Shown here in pieces: positions 38,124-48,043 of a stretch of 64,000 nt of DNA (its first letter is position 1; every line of letters starts with the position of its first letter). The DNA lies in the NCBI GenBank assembly GCA_040771865.1, contig JAXGZF010000009.1:1-64000 (forward strand), in the 5' to 3' direction. Position numbers and translations under genes: made by a program. A model generated the notes under the pieces. The model did no database searches, had not been told where the DNA came from, and saw only the letters and a program-made list of their open reading frames with translations. This stretch comes from Desulfobacterales bacterium. GTDB taxonomy: Bacteria > Desulfobacterota > Desulfobacteria > Desulfobacterales > UBA2245.

Positions 38124-39470
38124 TCATTTTCCCGCAATATCACCGGCAACATCAGGCCAGAAATATCGGGCATTTATATGTTTCAGATCATTTCTGGTCT
38201 TCTCATCATCCCTGTTGGCGTACGTTTCATAAAGAACGGGCGCAATCCTTACAAAGGCATCGAGGATTTCCGGATCGAAATAACTGCCCTTCCCTTCGAT
38301 GAGACGGTTCATCGTTTCCTCGTAACTCATCGCATCCTTGTAGGGGCGTTTTGATGAAAGGGCGTCAAAAACATCGGCAATGGAAAAAATACGCGCCACC
38401 CTGGGGATGTCGCCGTTGCTTCGTTTCTCCGGGTATCCGGTCCCGTCATATTTCTCGTGGTGACCTCCGACGATCAGGGCTGCATCACGGAGCCATTCTG
38501 AACCGCTCACGATATCCATGCCGTGTCGTACATGTTCGCTCATCTCTTTGAATTCTTCGGATGTCAGGCGGGAGAGCTTGAGCAGAATGCTGTCCCGTAC
38601 GCCTATTTTACCCACGTCGTGCAGGAATGCCCCCTTGATCAGCGATCGGATTTCGTTTTCAGGCAGGCCCAGTTCTTCCGCAAGGCGGACAGCGTAGATG
38701 GTGACCCGGTAATTATGGATATCCGTATCGCTGTCCCGTTTGGCTATGGCGCTTCCCAGCACGCTGAGGATCTCCATGTTGGCGTGAAGCAGGCTGCCCG
38801 ACAGGCCGGCAACCCGGCGCAGCAAACCGTTGATTGCAGGATAGAGAATCATGGAGGTCAGAAGTACGATGCCCGCTACCATCAATGCAGTGAAAATCGC
38901 CGATCGGCGGGCTTTTGAATAAAAGACCGGAGAAATCACATAGACGCCTTCAATATAGCCCGCGGGCACATCGGCGCTGTTTTTCAGGGTATAGCCCATA
39001 TCAATGACAACATCCTTGCCCAGGCGAAGCATTCTGTTCCAGGCGCTCTGTTTTCTCAGCTTCTCAAGGTCTCTGTTTTGATGAATATAATCATTGATCT
39101 CGTTTATGCGGATATAGGCCGGGTCGTTCAGCCCCGCGACTTCACGAAAGTCAAGGTCATAAATGCGGACAAAGACAAAATGGCCGTCCGTCGGCATCAC
39201 TCTGCCGACCGCCATCTTGTCCATCGTGCGCTGAATGCTCGCAGGGTCACCCAGGCCGGGCGCATCCAGATTGTCCATAATGGAGAACCTGAAGCGCTCG
39301 GATTGAACCAGGGCCTGTTCGACGGTCTGGGTTTCTATGTTCCTGAATTGGACATACAGGACAACAACGATCAGACAAACGGATATGAGAATTGAGGCCA
39401 GGAGGAGCCGTGTAACGAGCGCCCGGTGAATCGCGTTCTTTCGAATCGAATCTATTAAGGGGCGAGGCAT
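38124..39470 (-). CDS. Membrane-bound HD-GYP phosphodiesterase
   Basis: Two TM helices, LHDVGKIG, HHEKYDGTGYP, ADVFDALSSKRPYK. Confidence 0.9.
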   Translation of the reverse strand: MPRPLIDSIRKNAIHRALVTRLLLASILISVCLIVVVLYVQFRNIETQTVEQALVQSERFRFSIMDNLDAPGLGDPASIQRTMDKMAVGRVMPTDGHFVFVRIYDLDFREVAGLNDPAYIRINEINDYIHQNRDLEKLRKQSAWNRMLRLGKDVVIDMGYTLKNSADVPAGYIEGVYVISPVFYSKARRSAIFTALMVAGIVLLTSMILYPAINGLLRRVAGLSGSLLHANMEILSVLGSAIAKRDSDTDIHNYRVTIYAVRLAEELGLPENEIRSLIKGAFLHDVGKIGVRDSILLKLSRLTSEEFKEMSEHVRHGMDIVSGSEWLRDAALIVGGHHEKYDGTGYPEKRSNGDIPRVARIFSIADVFDALSSKRPYKDAMSYEETMNRLIEGKGSYFDPEILDAFVRIAPVLYETYANRDDEKTRNDLKHINARYFWPDVAGDIAGK

Positions 39471-39474
39471 TGAA

Positions 39475-40917
39475 TCATCTGCTCATTTCGTTATGGCCCT
39501 TTTCATTCGGCCGAGCAGTCAGTTTGTCTGCCTCGGCCACCCAGCCGCCGCCCATTGCCTTGTAGATATTGATCAAAGAAGTATACAGCGAGGCGTTGTA
39601 CTGCGCATAATTGAGTTCGGCGGGGAACAGCTGCTCCTCCGCCTGAAGCACGGTTGAATACGGAACATATCCGCCCTGATATTGCAGCCTTGCCAGCCGG
39701 ACATATTCTCTGGCCGCATCGACCAGTCTTCCCTGGGCCTCGATCTGCTCCCCGATCTTCGTGCGCATGATCAGTGCGTTTTCCACATCGGCAAATGCGC
39801 TCTGAATCGACGACTCATAGGCAAGCAGGGCTCCCTTGCGGGCCGCTTCAGCCTGGCGCACCTGACCTGAAATCGCGCCGGCGGTGAAGATCGGTCCGGT
39901 AACGGACCCGCTGTATCCCCACTGGCGGGCCGGACCTTTGAAGAGATCGGAAAGGTCCTTGCTTGCCTGGCCGTAACTGCCGGTCAGGGATATTGTCGGA
40001 AAATAGAGGGCCTTTGCCGCGCCGATCCGGGCGTTTGCGGCAATAAGGTTCTGTTCGGCCTGGGCCACATCCGGCCGGCGCTCCAGCAGTTGTGAGGGAA
40101 GTCCGGAAGGAACGGCCGGAAGGACCAGTTCGCGCAGTGCTTTGCCCCGGACAATCGGGCCCGGATTCCGGCCCAGAAGAATGGACAGGGCATTCTCGGC
40201 CTGTGCAATCTGCGATTCGAACTGCGGGATCATCGCCGCCGCCGTCTCGAACCGCGTACGCGCCTGTTCGACGGTCATTCTGGAAACCTGTCCATACTTG
40301 AACTGGAGTTCAAAGAGCTTCACGGCCTTTCCATAGGAGTCCATGTTGTATCGGGCGATGAGCAACTGTTCGTCAAGGCCGCAGAGCTGAATGTAGGTAT
40401 TCGCCACAGAGGCCACCAGCGAGAGAATGACGCCCCGATAGACCTCCTCCGTGGCAAACAGGCTTGCCTGGGCGGACTCGGAAAGGCGCTGAATGCGGCC
40501 CCAGAGGTCTATCTCCCAGGTTGCGCCCGCAAAGATCTGAAAGGCATTCCGAGGGTTCGGGACGGAGCCCGGTACCGGCGTGGCGTTCAATTCGCTGACC
40601 CGCTGGCGGTCCGCATTGACGCCGTAACTTGCCTGGGGATAAAAGGGGGCGCGGATCTGGGTCAGGACGGCTGCGGCCTGTTCCATGTTCGCGGCGGCGA
40701 TTCCGAGGTTCTTGTTGCCGGCGAGGGCCTCGTTGATCAGACCGTCGAGAACCGGATCCTGAAACTGCCGCCACCAAGGCAGATTCGACGTGTCTTGAGC
40801 ATCTTCTGTTGCGTACCGGTAGGAATCCGGCTGATCGACGACGGGCCGCTGATAGTCTGGACCCATCGTGCATCCGGCCAGAATCAGCAAATATACGACT
40901 ATGAAGATGTTTCGCAT
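39475..40917 (-). CDS. TolC/NodT-family outer membrane efflux lipoprotein
   Basis: LAGCTMGPDYQRP, WWRQFQDP, WEIDLWG, LLERRPDV, YKAMGGGW. Confidence 0.93.
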   Translation of the reverse strand: MRNIFIVVYLLILAGCTMGPDYQRPVVDQPDSYRYATEDAQDTSNLPWWRQFQDPVLDGLINEALAGNKNLGIAAANMEQAAAVLTQIRAPFYPQASYGVNADRQRVSELNATPVPGSVPNPRNAFQIFAGATWEIDLWGRIQRLSESAQASLFATEEVYRGVILSLVASVANTYIQLCGLDEQLLIARYNMDSYGKAVKLFELQFKYGQVSRMTVEQARTRFETAAAMIPQFESQIAQAENALSILLGRNPGPIVRGKALRELVLPAVPSGLPSQLLERRPDVAQAEQNLIAANARIGAAKALYFPTISLTGSYGQASKDLSDLFKGPARQWGYSGSVTGPIFTAGAISGQVRQAEAARKGALLAYESSIQSAFADVENALIMRTKIGEQIEAQGRLVDAAREYVRLARLQYQGGYVPYSTVLQAEEQLFPAELNYAQYNASLYTSLINIYKAMGGGWVAEADKLTARPNEKGHNEMSR

Positions 40918-40994
40918 GCCGGCTTCCGTCCTTCTTTTCAGCTGAAACATTATACAGTGTTCCTTCAAAATCCCGAATATTCCCTTCCCTATAA

Positions 40995-41501
40995 TTATAA
41001 TTCCGCCAGGGCGTCCAGCACCTTCAGCATCTCATTATTTTCCGGTATGTCGGACATGCTTTTGCCATACTGGGCAAAAGCAAGGGCACCCTGTCGGTCA
41101 ATCACGAAAAGCGCCGGCATTCGGCCAAGTTTCACAATTTTCCATTCCTGGCCGTAGAGGTTGGCGAGCTTTCCGTCCGCATCGGGCACGCCGATCATGG
41201 GCAGATCCTCTTTTTGCCAGTACGCCGCGACCTTTTCCGCGGAATGCGGGGCGACGACAACGATCGCAGCATTTCTTGATTCGAACTTTTTGAAATCCTG
41301 TTTCATCTGCCCCAGATGCCGCCGGGCGTAGGGTCAGCCGAACCCGCGCAGGAACACCAGCATCACGGGACCCTGCCGCCGGAGCGCCGAGAGAGATATT
41401 TTCCGTCCATCGTATGAAATCGCTTCGAATACAGGCGCGGCCATTCCGGCAACAAGAACCGGCAACGCAAGGATTGACAATAAGATCAGATAAGAACTCA
41501 T
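40995..41501 (-). CDS. Probable selenoprotein: AhpC/TSA (peroxiredoxin-like, thioredoxin-fold) protein, Sec at codon 56
   Basis: One continuous frame with a single in-frame TGA (41334-41336) in VMLVFLRGFG-U-PYARRHLGQM. Downstream PDADGKLANLYG and PALFVID; AAGGGGG RBS. Confidence 0.8.
41304..41333 (-). promoter_or_regulatory. Candidate bacterial SECIS element
   Basis: On the coding strand, CATCTG-GGG-CAGATG hairpin (41304-41318) beginning 15 nt after the UGA. Confidence 0.6.
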
Positions 41502-41549
41502 GAAAGTCCCCCTTACCTTGCTCGGGCAAACTGCGGCAGCAGATGCCGT

Positions 41550-44234
41550 CTATCTCCGGTCCAGTTCCTTTCGAACGGCAAGGCCGATCTTCTCCAGAAT
41601 GTAGGGCTTTCGAACAAACGCTCCGGCGCCCATCTCCAGAGTCTTCTGAACCCGGTCCGTCTCCGAAAAGCCGCTTGCGATGACCGCCTTCTGCCCGGGA
41701 TTGATTTCAAGCATTCTTCGATAGGTCTCCATTCCGTCAATTCCAGGGTCCATGATCATATCCAGAATAATCAGGTCGGCTTTGTTGCGTTTCAGGTATT
41801 CAACCGCCTCCTCCCCCCCGGCAACCGCCTCGACCCGGTACCCGAGCCTTTCCAGCATGTTCCTGGCAAGTTCCCGCTGCTCCTTCACATCGTCCACGAC
41901 CAGTATGGATTCCCCCCTGCTCGCATAAGAATCCGGCAGCACGGCTTTTTCAACTTTCGGCAGGTCCTCTCTCGTCACCGGAAAATAAAGGGTGAAAACG
42001 CTCCCCCTGCCCTCCTCGCTCCGCACGTCAATGTATCCGCGATGATCCTTCACGGTTCCCCAGACAACGGCCAGTCCCAGACCGGTTCCGCTTCTTCCCA
42101 TCACCTTCTTGGTATAGAAAGGCTCGAAAATCCTGCCCAGATCCTCGGCGGAGATGCCGCCGCCCGTATCGGAAACCGACAGGATCGCATAGTCCCCTTC
42201 CTGCATCTCATCGTATCCCTGTATGGGTTGATCGAGGTAGCGGTTTTCCGTTCGAATGGTCACCTCGCCCTCGCCGGATATGGCTTCTACGGCATTCGAC
42301 ACGAGATTCATGATCGTCTTTCCCAGATGAACGGGCGATCCCTTGATGTTCAGGAGCCCGTCTTCGAGCTCGGTCCGTATCCGAACCTCCGGATGGTAAA
42401 AATGCAGGCTTTCGAACTCGGGCGTTCTTAAGTAATCAAAGACCAGCCGGTTCAGATCGACCACCTCGGAAACGGTAACGCCCCTTCGCGTCAGGGTCAA
42501 AAGATCCTGAATGATGGCGGCGCCTCGAATGCTGGATTGGTGGATGTTGTCGGCATATTTTTTTAATGGACTGCTGTCGGGCAGCTTTTCCGCAAGCAGC
42601 TCCGAGTATCCGACCAGTATTCCCAGAACATTGTTCAGATCGTGTGCCACCCCGCCGGCCATTGTGCCCAGAACTTCCATTTTTTCCGCCCGCTGAAGAC
42701 GTTCCTCGAGTTTGCGGTGCGCTTCCTCCGCCTGTTTTCGTTCCGTGATGTCCTCTATGGCGGCCATGGTGAGAACAGGCCGGCCGGCGGCATCGCGGAT
42801 AACCGTCGCATTGACGTTCCCCCATACGACACTTCCGTCCTTGCGTATGAAGCGCTTCTCCACACGGAATTCCTGCGCCTCACCCCTCAAGACTCGATGG
42901 AAGGCACTGCATTCCCGCTCGCGGTCTTCCGGGTGTGTAATGTCGGAAACACAGAACGCGAGCATTTCATCTGAAGAATATCCCGTGATATCGCACAACT
43001 TGCGGTTCACGCGCAGCCACCGGCCTGTTTGCGGATCATTTTGAGCCATGCCAATGGAAGCCAGCTCGAACATAACCCGGAACTGTTCCTCGCTTTCCCG
43101 AAGCGCCTCTTCCGCCTGCTGGCGCTCCGCAATGAAACGCGCCTGCTGAATGTTCTGGTAGGCGAAATTGGAAAGCTGATTGGCAAGTGTATACAGCGCC
43201 TGAGCCACACGCTCGAACTGCTCGCGAGACATGACGGGCACCTTGCGGAAGGCCTCGATCAGGTCATTTTCGTCGGCCTCGATCTCCCTGGCGTATCGGC
43301 GCATATTTTCCTCGGTCTGGGTCTCGTCGCGCACCTGGCCGATCAACCAGTTGGCGATGTGCCTGCCGCCGACCGATATGCCGGCGCCGGCGTCCCACAG
43401 CCCGCCGCTCAGGCAGGGCTGGACGGTCGGCCCCTGGGTGGAAGCTCGTCCAATTATGGAATCAGACTTATAACAATTAGCGCGTCCTTTTTCGGTTTTG
43501 CGGATAATGTCGATGCACAGGCGGCAGAAATTGCTCGGCGAGGTGATGGGCGTTCCATCGGTGCGCGTGATGATGGAGGCGACGCCGGTTGCCTGGGAAA
43601 ATTCGTCCTGAAGGCGCTGAATGTCGTCGATGTTGAACAGGTCTTCAAGTGCGATCCCGGCGGCGTCGTCCTGCGGCCGGGTCAGCGCCAGAATCCGCTT
43701 TTCCAGTGCCTCTTCCGCGCGCTTGCGCCAAGTGGTGTTTCGAATAATGGCGACAATCTGATCTTCGAGAAACGGCACCAGCCGGGCTTCATAGAATTGT
43801 TTCTGTCCACGTGGGGCCAGTGAATACTCCATAACGATGATGTTTTTCTCCGACCGCAGACGATCGACGGCGGCCTGAAACCGGTCGCTGATAGACCTTT
43901 CTGGAATATCCTGAATCCGTTTCCCGATCATCTTTTTCGGATCAACGATAAAATCCGTTTTTGCATCGGCCTTGCAGTCCAGAATCGTTCCGCTTCCGTC
44001 CAGCCGGAAAAGCAGATCCGGAATCGCCTTAAAGATGGCGAGCATTTCCGCGTTTGCCTCGAGAAGTTCGCTTGAACTCAGATCGAGGGATCGTTCCAGC
44101 ATCTGGCGGTCCAGATCCATCTGCCAGTAGGCGTCGTTGACGGCGTTCATGAGATCTTCACATACCGTGGGAATGGGTTCCGAACCCAGATACCGCTTTA
44201 TCTGACGCTTCAGCAGGCTGTGCGTGCGTTCCAT
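41550..44234 (-). CDS. Hybrid sensor kinase (PAS-PocR-PAS-HisKA-HATPase-REC)
   Basis: PocR motifs SNFCRLC and CLSGGLWDAG; AHDLNN, NLVSNA, DTGGG, FEPFYT, GTGLGL; receiver LDMIMDP. Start at MERTHSLLKRQ. Confidence 0.9.
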   Translation of the reverse strand: MERTHSLLKRQIKRYLGSEPIPTVCEDLMNAVNDAYWQMDLDRQMLERSLDLSSSELLEANAEMLAIFKAIPDLLFRLDGSGTILDCKADAKTDFIVDPKKMIGKRIQDIPERSISDRFQAAVDRLRSEKNIIVMEYSLAPRGQKQFYEARLVPFLEDQIVAIIRNTTWRKRAEEALEKRILALTRPQDDAAGIALEDLFNIDDIQRLQDEFSQATGVASIITRTDGTPITSPSNFCRLCIDIIRKTEKGRANCYKSDSIIGRASTQGPTVQPCLSGGLWDAGAGISVGGRHIANWLIGQVRDETQTEENMRRYAREIEADENDLIEAFRKVPVMSREQFERVAQALYTLANQLSNFAYQNIQQARFIAERQQAEEALRESEEQFRVMFELASIGMAQNDPQTGRWLRVNRKLCDITGYSSDEMLAFCVSDITHPEDRERECSAFHRVLRGEAQEFRVEKRFIRKDGSVVWGNVNATVIRDAAGRPVLTMAAIEDITERKQAEEAHRKLEERLQRAEKMEVLGTMAGGVAHDLNNVLGILVGYSELLAEKLPDSSPLKKYADNIHQSSIRGAAIIQDLLTLTRRGVTVSEVVDLNRLVFDYLRTPEFESLHFYHPEVRIRTELEDGLLNIKGSPVHLGKTIMNLVSNAVEAISGEGEVTIRTENRYLDQPIQGYDEMQEGDYAILSVSDTGGGISAEDLGRIFEPFYTKKVMGRSGTGLGLAVVWGTVKDHRGYIDVRSEEGRGSVFTLYFPVTREDLPKVEKAVLPDSYASRGESILVVDDVKEQRELARNMLERLGYRVEAVAGGEEAVEYLKRNKADLIILDMIMDPGIDGMETYRRMLEINPGQKAVIASGFSETDRVQKTLEMGAGAFVRKPYILEKIGLAVRKELDRR
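41555..42616. repeat. 1062-bp near-identical direct repeat, copy 1
   Basis: Colinear with 54610-55671 (offset 13055). Confidence 0.95.
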
Positions 44235-44236
44235 GG

Positions 44237-45373
44237 CTATTCTTCCGAAAAGGCCGTAACCGTCATCGTCTGGTTGTGAAGTTCGCAAACCGCTCCCGGC
44301 AAAGCCGGAGATATCTCCCCGTAGGAATAGAACCCGGTCATAACGGTCTGCTGACCGAAAACATCGCGAATGCCATCCAGTTCTTCCTCGACCCGCTGCC
44401 GAAGAATGAGTTTCCTGCCCACGCAACTAATCAATATCGCCAATTCCGGCGGGCTGCCAAGAATGTCCAGACTCGTTCTGGCGGCCTCAACCGCGCCGTC
44501 GATCAAACGGTCGAAATTGGCCTTCATGAGTCGCGCATGAGCGCCCTCCGGAACATCGCCCGCAAAGGTCATGCTCTGATCTTTTTCGTTGACAGCGAGG
44601 ATGGTGCGAACCACGCCTCGATCATTTTCTTTCAAACGGACGCTTAAGGGGAAGAGAAGGCCGGTGGAGGGCAAACCGTTCGCGTGATCTCCCAGATACT
44701 TCTTGTAAAGCGCCAGGGCCGATTTGCCGTCAAACTCGTAGAGCACGTTTCCCCTGGAATGCGTTATCAGCCGTTCGGGCCCGAAGGGATCCCATCCTCC
44801 CATGGAGGCGTATCCTATTTTCAGCCGGCTGCCGTAGAACCCCAGCGCGGCAACAATGTCCCTGTCTGGATCATCGACCCACAGCACGACGGTTTCCCTG
44901 AAAAGAGCGCCGTCCGCAGACAGCCCCCCTGTGACCGACACATGGGCGGGAAGATTCTCGATCAAGCCTCTCACCAGCTCGCTTCCATTGACCTTCAAAC
45001 CGTCGGAAAGAATGAAGACATGCTTCAGATCTTCCTGATCCAGGGATCGAGCAAGCCGCCGTCCAATGTTGAAGCTGTTTTCCATCCTGTCAATTCGGGC
45101 TTTTGCGCCTCTGACCTGCGTGTGTTCGAAATGAACGGCCGTAACCACAAGTGAATCGTCAAACACCCGGTCGCCGCAGATTTCTCCGGCTGTGGAACAT
45201 CCTAAAAGATGGGCATTCGGGTACATGCGCCTGACCTCGCTCAGGCGATCCCTGTCTTTCAGCCGCGTTACGCTTCCAAAAAGAAGAGCCAGCTGTGCGG
45301 CATCTTCCATTCCGATGTTCCCGCCGGAGGCCCATCCCTCGCCTTCCACCCACACTTTCTGCTCCAGTTTCAT
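44237..45373 (-). CDS. FIST (N+C) domain sensor protein
   Basis: GCSTAGEI, LSDGL, TGGLSAD, GWDPFG, ISCVGR, GFYSYGEI, LHNQT. Confidence 0.92.
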   Translation of the reverse strand: MKLEQKVWVEGEGWASGGNIGMEDAAQLALLFGSVTRLKDRDRLSEVRRMYPNAHLLGCSTAGEICGDRVFDDSLVVTAVHFEHTQVRGAKARIDRMENSFNIGRRLARSLDQEDLKHVFILSDGLKVNGSELVRGLIENLPAHVSVTGGLSADGALFRETVVLWVDDPDRDIVAALGFYGSRLKIGYASMGGWDPFGPERLITHSRGNVLYEFDGKSALALYKKYLGDHANGLPSTGLLFPLSVRLKENDRGVVRTILAVNEKDQSMTFAGDVPEGAHARLMKANFDRLIDGAVEAARTSLDILGSPPELAILISCVGRKLILRQRVEEELDGIRDVFGQQTVMTGFYSYGEISPALPGAVCELHNQTMTVTAFSEE

Positions 45374-45864
45374 CCCACTCTCTCCTGATAAATCATGAAT
45401 TCATCTCACTTTTTGCAAAGAAAAATATTTTTTATTTTGAACATGCTTTTTGCCGGGCTGTTTCTGGAGAGGCCTAACTTGTTATTGCATGGATAAAAAA
45501 ATCGTGATTTTTTTTATATTTGACGCAAATATTATGCAAATTAATGGAAGTATGGTCTGGGTGTCAAGAAAATTGAAGAATAATCGTTTTGCTGATAGAA
45601 AACCAGCTTTTGAAACGAACAACGCCGCAGACGAAAAGAAATGATCAAGGCTTGAAACGTTTGAATGACGCCGTCAGACATTTCCTCCGCGGCGTGGTGC
45701 GGCTCGACGCAGACCGCACGTTGGATCTGGCCGTGTGGACTGGACGCCGATATCCCCGGCCGCAGTCACCGATCTGAATTTTATCCGGGAAATGATGGCC
45801 ACGGCCGTCAAAAATTCGAGACCATCCCATGGCGGGACGCACACACCGTCCGATTCAGAGTGAA

Positions 45865-48018
45865 TCACTTTACAGTAATCACCCATACGCCTTGCCATTC
45901 AACAGGCGGATGTTCAATGAGTTCCGTGCATTTCAAAATGTAAGCGCGCGCTGCTGCGTCATCTTGAGCAATATCTGAAAAAACAGTTTTTGCGCCGATA
46001 AAATCGCCCCTGTAGAACAAAGCCAGGGCTTTCGAAAACTCCGCCATCGTCTTTTGCCGATGCGCATCCATATTTTCCGGCAGAAACGGTTCATAAACCA
46101 CAACGGGTTCACGCCGTCCCACAACCGCGACTCTCGAGACCTCTCGCACCGGAAAGGCGTCCGCCATCTGGTCTTTTGTCGTTTGTGAAATAAGCGTGTA
46201 GGTGCCAAACTGTTTGTTGATGCCCTCCAGGCGAGCCGCCAGGTTCACGGCGTCTCCAATCATGGTATAATCAAACCGGGAATGAGAACCCATGTTGCCG
46301 ACCACCGCGTACCCGGTGTTGACGCCGATGCGCATATTCAAATCCTTACCCAGACGATTCCGAAAATCCGGGCGCATCATGGACAGCAGGGTCTGACAAC
46401 GCAAGGCGGCGCGCACGCAACGCACGGCATGATCCGTCTGCGCGAGCGGCGCGTTCCAGAAGGCGATAATTGCATCGCCTTCATACTTGTCCACCGTGCC
46501 GCCTTCCTCGTGGATGATGTCGGTCATGGCCGACAGGTAAACGTTCAGCAGATTTGTGAGCGCCTCTGGTTCAAGGCCTTCGGAAATACCCGTAAAACCT
46601 TCAAGGTCTGAAAAAAAGATTGAGAGAATGCGTCGTTCACCGCCCAGCTTCAGGCGTTCCGGATGCGCGATAATCTGTTCAATAACATGCGGGCTTAAAT
46701 ACTGTTTAAAGGCGTTTTTGATAAACAGCTTCTGCCGTCCCTCAATCGTATAGTAAATGAGACCGCCGCTCGCAAGGGTGACGGCAACGCCCGCCTCCTG
46801 AACCACCAGCGGCAGCCAGAAGCCGAGGCGGTAGGCGACAAGGCAAATCACCACCGGCAGGCCCATGAAGAAGATATAAACGAAGGCGCTTCTGGCTATA
46901 CCTGATGTCGAAGATGTCGACCATCCCGCCAAAAGGACAATGAGCAGCGTCAGAACAATCACCAGGATTGTGGGAACAGGCCGGATAAAATCATGGGCCA
47001 GTAAATTATCGAGCATCGTGGCGGAAATTTCCACACCAGGATAGATGCCGGAAACAGGCGCGGGACGGAGATCATAAAGACCGGGAGCGGAAAAACCGAA
47101 CAGAACATGGGCGTCTTTGAAGTCATCAAGATTTTCGATCACTGGTTTTTCCCCGCTCTGAAGGCGCAGTTCGCTCTGAATGACCGACGCGGCACTGTAT
47201 GCTTTATGAGTCCCCGACGGACCGCGGAAATTGAGAATCGCTTTTCCTGAGGTATCTATAGGGATTTCCTTCTCGCCCAGCATGAGACGACCTGGAATTA
47301 TTTTTAAGGGGATGTCCGGCTGAGCGATCATATAACTGGCCAGGGCCAGCGACGGCAGCACCGTTCCGTCGAATACTTCGAAAAGCGCTGCACGGCGATA
47401 GACGCTGTCTGCATCAGGATTCAGGTGTACATTGGCTAAGATGCCCGAAGCGGCTGATATTTCCGCTACCGGAAATGAAGCCCGGGCAAAAGCGTTGTGC
47501 GCGGTTTGAGCCAGCCAGAGATCAATCCCTTCGACTTGCAATACCGGCACGGAAGCAAAAACCGGCCAGTGTTTTTCACTGCCCGATTTTTGACTGAGAA
47601 AAACAGCTGCTGCAAAGTTTTTAAAGCCGCGGATTGCGGAAGCCAGGGCCTGATCGTCGGCCACGCCGTATTTGGAGGGTTCCGTGAAGAGCACATCAAA
47701 GGCCAGCGACTTTACGCCCGTTCGTTTGCAGAACTGGATTATCAAGCCGTAAACTTCGCGCGGCCATGGCCAGGACAGGCCGTTTTCGTCCTTGGCCCAG
47801 TCGAGACTGTTTTGATCGAGCAAAATCAAACGGATTTTCTGCGTATGCGGCAACGGCTCTGCCAGCATGTTGACCCGCCAGTCCCAGGTTTTGGCCTCCC
47901 AGCGATCCAGCCAGCCGGAAAAGAAAAAAACTAAAGCAACAAGAGCTCCGACGACGCCCGCCGCAAGCCCCTGAACCAGTTTCGCCCTACGGCCTCGCAG
48001 CATTTTTTTTATATTCAT
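45865..48018 (-). CDS. CHASE2-domain class III adenylate cyclase
   Basis: WPWPRE and FDVLFTE (CHASE2), three TM helices, FSDLEGFT, VDKYEGD, YTMIGDAVNLAARLE. Confidence 0.92.
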   Translation of the reverse strand: MNIKKMLRGRRAKLVQGLAAGVVGALVALVFFFSGWLDRWEAKTWDWRVNMLAEPLPHTQKIRLILLDQNSLDWAKDENGLSWPWPREVYGLIIQFCKRTGVKSLAFDVLFTEPSKYGVADDQALASAIRGFKNFAAAVFLSQKSGSEKHWPVFASVPVLQVEGIDLWLAQTAHNAFARASFPVAEISAASGILANVHLNPDADSVYRRAALFEVFDGTVLPSLALASYMIAQPDIPLKIIPGRLMLGEKEIPIDTSGKAILNFRGPSGTHKAYSAASVIQSELRLQSGEKPVIENLDDFKDAHVLFGFSAPGLYDLRPAPVSGIYPGVEISATMLDNLLAHDFIRPVPTILVIVLTLLIVLLAGWSTSSTSGIARSAFVYIFFMGLPVVICLVAYRLGFWLPLVVQEAGVAVTLASGGLIYYTIEGRQKLFIKNAFKQYLSPHVIEQIIAHPERLKLGGERRILSIFFSDLEGFTGISEGLEPEALTNLLNVYLSAMTDIIHEEGGTVDKYEGDAIIAFWNAPLAQTDHAVRCVRAALRCQTLLSMMRPDFRNRLGKDLNMRIGVNTGYAVVGNMGSHSRFDYTMIGDAVNLAARLEGINKQFGTYTLISQTTKDQMADAFPVREVSRVAVVGRREPVVVYEPFLPENMDAHRQKTMAEFSKALALFYRGDFIGAKTVFSDIAQDDAAARAYILKCTELIEHPPVEWQGVWVITVK

Positions 48019-48043
48019 TCTCCGGTTCCGGCAACGAATCCGT

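Noticed and set aside
45589..45860. GC-rich patch with short ORFs between the FIST promoter region and the cyclase
   Set aside because: It may be a gene remnant, but I could not assign any family.
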